Of a stretch of 64,000 nucleotides of DNA, positions 59,764 to 64,000 are shown one piece after another. The stretch is from Octopus sinensis (lineage: Eukaryota): contig NC_042997.1 of assembly GCF_006345805.1 (NCBI RefSeq), forward strand, positions 184,016,001-184,080,000. Direction: 5' to 3'. The translations under genes and the position numbers were made by a program. Numbering within the stretch: the first letter of the stretch is position 1; each line of letters opens with the position of its first letter. The notes beneath the pieces are model-generated. The model was not told the DNA's origin. It made no database searches and worked only from the letters and a program-made list of their open reading frames with translations.

Positions 59764-62193
59764 TAAGGGTGAATCAAAAGTTTTGCCATATTTACATACG
59801 TGTTTGTTTGCGGCGTGTATATCACGTGACCGAAGCAGTTCAGGCCGTGTAAAGTACACACTGATCTTGGTAGTATCATAGAAGTTAGCTATAGGTTCTG
59901 AGTTCAAATTTCGCCGAGGTCGGCTTTGCCTTTCATCCTTTCGGGGTCGATAAATTAAGTACCCGTTACGCACTGGGGTCGATATAATCGGCTTGATCCG
60001 TTTGTCTGTTCTTGTTTGTCCCCTCTGCGTTTAGCCCCTTGTGGGTAGTAGAGAAATAGGTAGTATCATAGTAGTTAGCTTTACGTTCTGAGTTCAAATT
60101 CCGCCGAGTTCGACTTTGCCTTTCATCCTTTCGAGGTCGATAAATTAAGTACCAGTTGCATACTGGATCGATCTAATCGACTGACTCCATCCCCAAACTT
60201 TCGGGCCTTGTGCCTAGAGTAGAAAAGATTATAGTAATTAGCGCACTGATACGTTGTGCATTGCTTCACCGCGTATGTGATTTGAAAGACACACAAATGA
60301 AAGTGCAACGTAGTCTAATACGGGAATGTATGCTTTACGAGTTCGAACTGGGCCACAACGCTATGAAAGCAACCAAAAACCTTTGTTGTGCGAAAGGTGA
60401 AGGAGCGTATAATCACAGTACCAGATGGTTCAAGAAATTTCGCTCGCGTTGCCAGAACCTCGACTATCAGTCACAGTCAGGTAGGCCTCAAACCGTGGAT
60501 TCCAAGGCCGTGCTTCAAGCCATAAAGGCAAATCCGGTGTGTAGCACTCGGAGAGTATCAGGCAAGCTCGACATATCACAGTCCAGTGTGGTTCGTCGCC
60601 TCCATGACTCCGGCAAAAGCATCTGGAGCTGCCGAATTATCCCTCCCGAACTGATTCCAACTCAAGTGCAGAGGTGAGTTAAGTGGATGTTTGCAAGGAA
60701 CTCCTGGAAAACCCACCAGATCTATGTTTCCTCAAAAGACTAATCCTTTCTATTACAGGTGCATCGTTAAGTATTTTGTCCGGCGTGCTAACGGTTCAGC
60801 CAGCCAGCTGGCTGTCTAAATAATAATCCTTTCTACTAAAGGCACAAGGCCTGAAATCTTAGGGAGGGGGTAAGTCGATTACATCGACCCCAATGATCAA
60901 CTAGTACTTATTTTATCGACCCTAAAAGGATGAAAGGCAAAGTCGACCTCGGCGGAATTTGAACTCAGAACGTTGCGGCAGACGAAATACTTGTTTCTTT
61001 ATTGCCCACAAGGGGCTAAACACAGAGGGGACAAACAAGGACAGACAAATGGATTAAGTCGATTATATCGACCCCAGTGCGTAACTGGTACTTAATTTAT
61101 CGACCCCGAAAAGATGAAAGGCAAGTCGACCTCGGTGGAATTTGAGCTCAAAACGTAGCGGCAGACGAAATACTTATTTCTTTATTGCCCACAAGGGGCT
61201 ACACACAGAGGGGACAAACAAGGACAGACAAACGGATTAAGTCGATTACATCGACCCCAGTGCGTGACTGGTACTTAATTTATCGACCCTGACAAAGATG
61301 AAAGGCAAAGTCAACCATGGCAGAATTTGAACTCAGAACGTAGCGGCAGACGAAATACCTATTTCTTTATTACCCACAAGGAGCTAAACATAGAGGGGAC
61401 AAACATGGACAAACGGATTAAGTCGATTATATCGACCCCAGTGCTTAACTGGTACTTAATTTATCGACCCCGAAAGGATGAAAGGCAAAGTCGACCTCGG
61501 CGGAATTTGAACTCACAACGTAACGGCAGCCGAAATACCGCTAAGCATTTCGCCCGACGTGCTAACGATTCTGGTAGCTCGCTGCCTTTATTCCTCAAGA
61601 AAATAATGGCGTGCGATGAAAAGTGAATATTTCCCGCAATTCTAACGTGTACAAGTAAGAGCCAGCTTCCGGAACCCGTCGCCAAACATGGGCGTTTCGA
61701 ACTTGAGGTGATGTTTTGTGTCCGGTGGAATTATGAGATGATTCACTACGAGTTCTTTTTGGACGGTCGAACAATCAATGTCAACCCGTACTCCAAACAG
61801 CGGATGTATGCCATCGAGCTGCAAAAATACCTGGCAGTAGTTAACAGAAAGTCAGCTCTTTTGCAGTAAGACTACGCAAAACTTCATATCTCTCGAACGA
61901 CCCAGAATAAACTCCAGGAACTTGAGGGAATCGAACTGATGTCACAACCAGCATATAGTCCGGACCTAGCTCTCTTGGATTATGGCTGACTTCCTGCGCT
62001 TGCGACACTTCATCGACTAAGAAGAGGTGGAAACTGCAGTGAAGGAGTTCTTTGCCCCAAAGGACAAGTAATGGAATCAGTGTGAGCTGGCATCAGACAG
62101 TGCAACTTTGAATGCTTGACTGCTTTTGTTGTAGCTTGACGAATAAATCAAATAAGTTACCAAAATATTGTAAGACCTTTGATTCAATCTTAT
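59764..62193 (+). mobile_element. Decayed full-length mariner element interrupted by SINE-B clusters
   Basis: TIRs TAAG(GG/AT)TGAATCAAA(A/G)G with TA flanks; HTH region IRECMLYEF...RWFKKFR...SGRP; ACDEK; PAYSPDLA; stops present. Confidence 0.8.
60830..61590 (-). mobile_element. SINE family B tetramer (~180-185-bp period)
   Basis: Junction GACGAAATAC|(T/C)T.TTTCTTTA at 60990, 61173 and 61358, with a single head at ~61530-61590. Confidence 0.92.
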
Positions 62194-62194
62194 A

Positions 62195-62356
62195 TAGGCG
62201 TAGGAGTGGCTGTGTGGTAAGTAGCTTGTTTACCAACCACATGGTTCCGGGTTCAGTCCCACTGCGTAGCATCTTGTTTAAGTGTCTTCTACTATAGCCT
62301 CGGGCCGACCAAAGCCTTGTGAGTGGATTTGGTAGACGGAAACTGAAAGAAGCTCG

Positions 62357-62448
<92 letters not shown>

Positions 62449-62685
62449 TATATATATATAATATATATATGTGTGTGTGTGTGTGTCTGTGTTTGTCCCC
62501 CCAACATCGCTTGACAACCGATGCTGGTGTGTTTACGTCGCCGTAACTTAGCGGTTCGGCAAAAGAGACCGATATAATAAGTACTAGGTTTACAAAAAAT
62601 AAGCCTTGGGGTCGATTTCTCGACTAAAGGCGGTGCTGCAGCATGGCCACAGTCAAATGACTGAAACAAGTAAAAGAGTAAATGA
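62195..62685 (+). mobile_element. SINE family A, full length
   Basis: Head, (CA)n(TA)n(TG)n and tail. Confidence 0.9.
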
Positions 62686-62837
62686 GTTTCCGTATAACGT
62701 ATATTGCAAATAAAAATGAAATCAAGTTTTAATTCATTAAAAGATCCCTTGACACCTGTTGGTAGTAGGTGCAGGTAGTAATCACGATATTTCGTGGAGC
62801 TTCAATAATTTCTGTTCTTGGTTGTAATACAACCTTA

Positions 62838-63045
62838 AAAGGCGGCGAGTTGGCAGAATCGTTAGCATGCCGGGCAAAATGCTAAGTAGCATTTCGTTCG
62901 TTTTTATATTCTGAGTTCAGATTCCGCCGAGGTCGGCTTTACCTTTCATCCTTTCGGAGTCGGCAAAGTAAATACCAGTCGAGCACTGAGGTCGATGTAA
63001 TCGACTTACCCCTACCCCGAAATTGCTGGCCTTGTGCCAATATTT
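62838..63045 (+). mobile_element. SINE family B variant with the alternative tail (GGCCTTGTGCC)
   Basis: Same head and core as 46026, but a different 3' end. Confidence 0.8.
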
Positions 63046-63094
63046 GAAACCATTATAATACAGCATTATTTACATAAAAGTATTGCATTTCCTA

Positions 63095-63405
63095 CTTAAT
63101 GACACACTGAAAGCCTTCAACATCGATTATGACACTTGGGAGCAGTCTGCTCTAGACAGAGAAGGGTAGCGATCAGCTGTCCACAAGGGTGCCAACAGAT
63201 GCGAGACCAATAGGATCGCTGCTGCAGAAGACCGCAGACAAGCTAGGAAGAACAGAGCTAACAACCCTTTAGTAGGCGCTACCATTTCCTGTCCACACTG
63301 TCAAAGACTCTTTCGGGCACAGATTGGCCTCACTAGCCATCTGTGGACTTACAAAACAAACCCACCCCAGGATGATTAGATGGTCTTCGTCGTATCGACG
63401 GACAA
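63095..63405 (+). mobile_element. RTE/BovB-like LINE 3' end with C2H2 finger
   Basis: DTLKAFNIDYDTWEQSALDR...CPHCQRLFRAQIGLTSH. Confidence 0.75.
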
Positions 63406-63458
63406 ACTACACACGTTTCCTGCCACGAAAAAAAAAAAATGAAACTAAATAGGTACAA

Positions 63459-63843
63459 TCTCTCTCTATATAAACGGCAGTTTGTCTGTGTGTGTTTCTG
63501 TGTGTCTGTTTGGTTGTACCCTCACTCTGACCACGGCTTTCAACCGATTCTGATGAAACTTGACACATACATAGCCCAATGTCATAATTCAAAACTAACG
63601 CAGCGAAAATTTTGAAAAGTTCCCCCAGTTCTGAAAAAAATCGATAAATTCGACATGGGGTCGAGAATCAGAAACACAAACCACAGACTGTCTAGGGGAC
63701 GCAACTCCACCTTTTTAACTCTCAAAAAAATTTACCATCATTTTTTTCCCCCATTTTTTGGCTATATTTTGGCTATAACTATCTAAAAATGCTTTATAGT
63801 TATTTCCCTTACAAACCCGAGCAACGCCGGGCGATACTGCTAG
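63459..63843 (+). mobile_element. Non-autonomous Helitron
   Basis: A|TC start, CCCGAGCAACGCCGGG hairpin and CTAG|T end. The last ~130 bp match 7225-7362. Confidence 0.82.
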
Positions 63844-64000
63844 TATTATATAAGTACAATACATAAAAAATTCAATATTTTCAAGAATACTAAATAATTA
63901 AGTGTAACTGTTCTTTCAATAGTTCTTTTGATGTGAGTACAATGGTTCATTAATTTGACCGAGTTGCTATGAAAATGATTCATCAGGAGTCAGCGAAGAT

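Overview
AT-rich, microsatellite- and transposon-dense animal DNA whose repeat landscape resembles an octopus (coleoid cephalopod) genome; the taxon is my inference. One host gene is supported: six phase-compatible 3' coding exons of a CCHCR1-like coiled-coil gene on the + strand (8931-35341), mostly missed by the ORF track. The rest is mobile DNA and simple repeats: a near-intact ~5.7-kb Tx1/L1-like LINE, RTE-like LINE fragments with many 3'UTR-only copies, a Penelope-like GIY-YIG element, Gypsy and mariner relics, RLE-type LINE ends, piggyBac-, pogo- and Merlin-like MITEs, Helitron/Helentron derivatives, and four tRNA-head SINE families (labelled A, B, C and D here). The most interesting observations are: (1) a 1.6-kb composite Helitron with a proven empty site and apparently captured DNA; (2) a SINE carrying a Tx1 3' tail that forms head-to-tail multimers at one fixed junction; (3) a Tx1 LINE broken only by 1-nt indels, mostly in homopolymers; (4) two hammerhead-ribozyme-like motifs; (5) a minisatellite grown from a MITE end; (6) a PHD-like finger inside an RTE ORF2. 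All alignments were done by eye; no searches were run.
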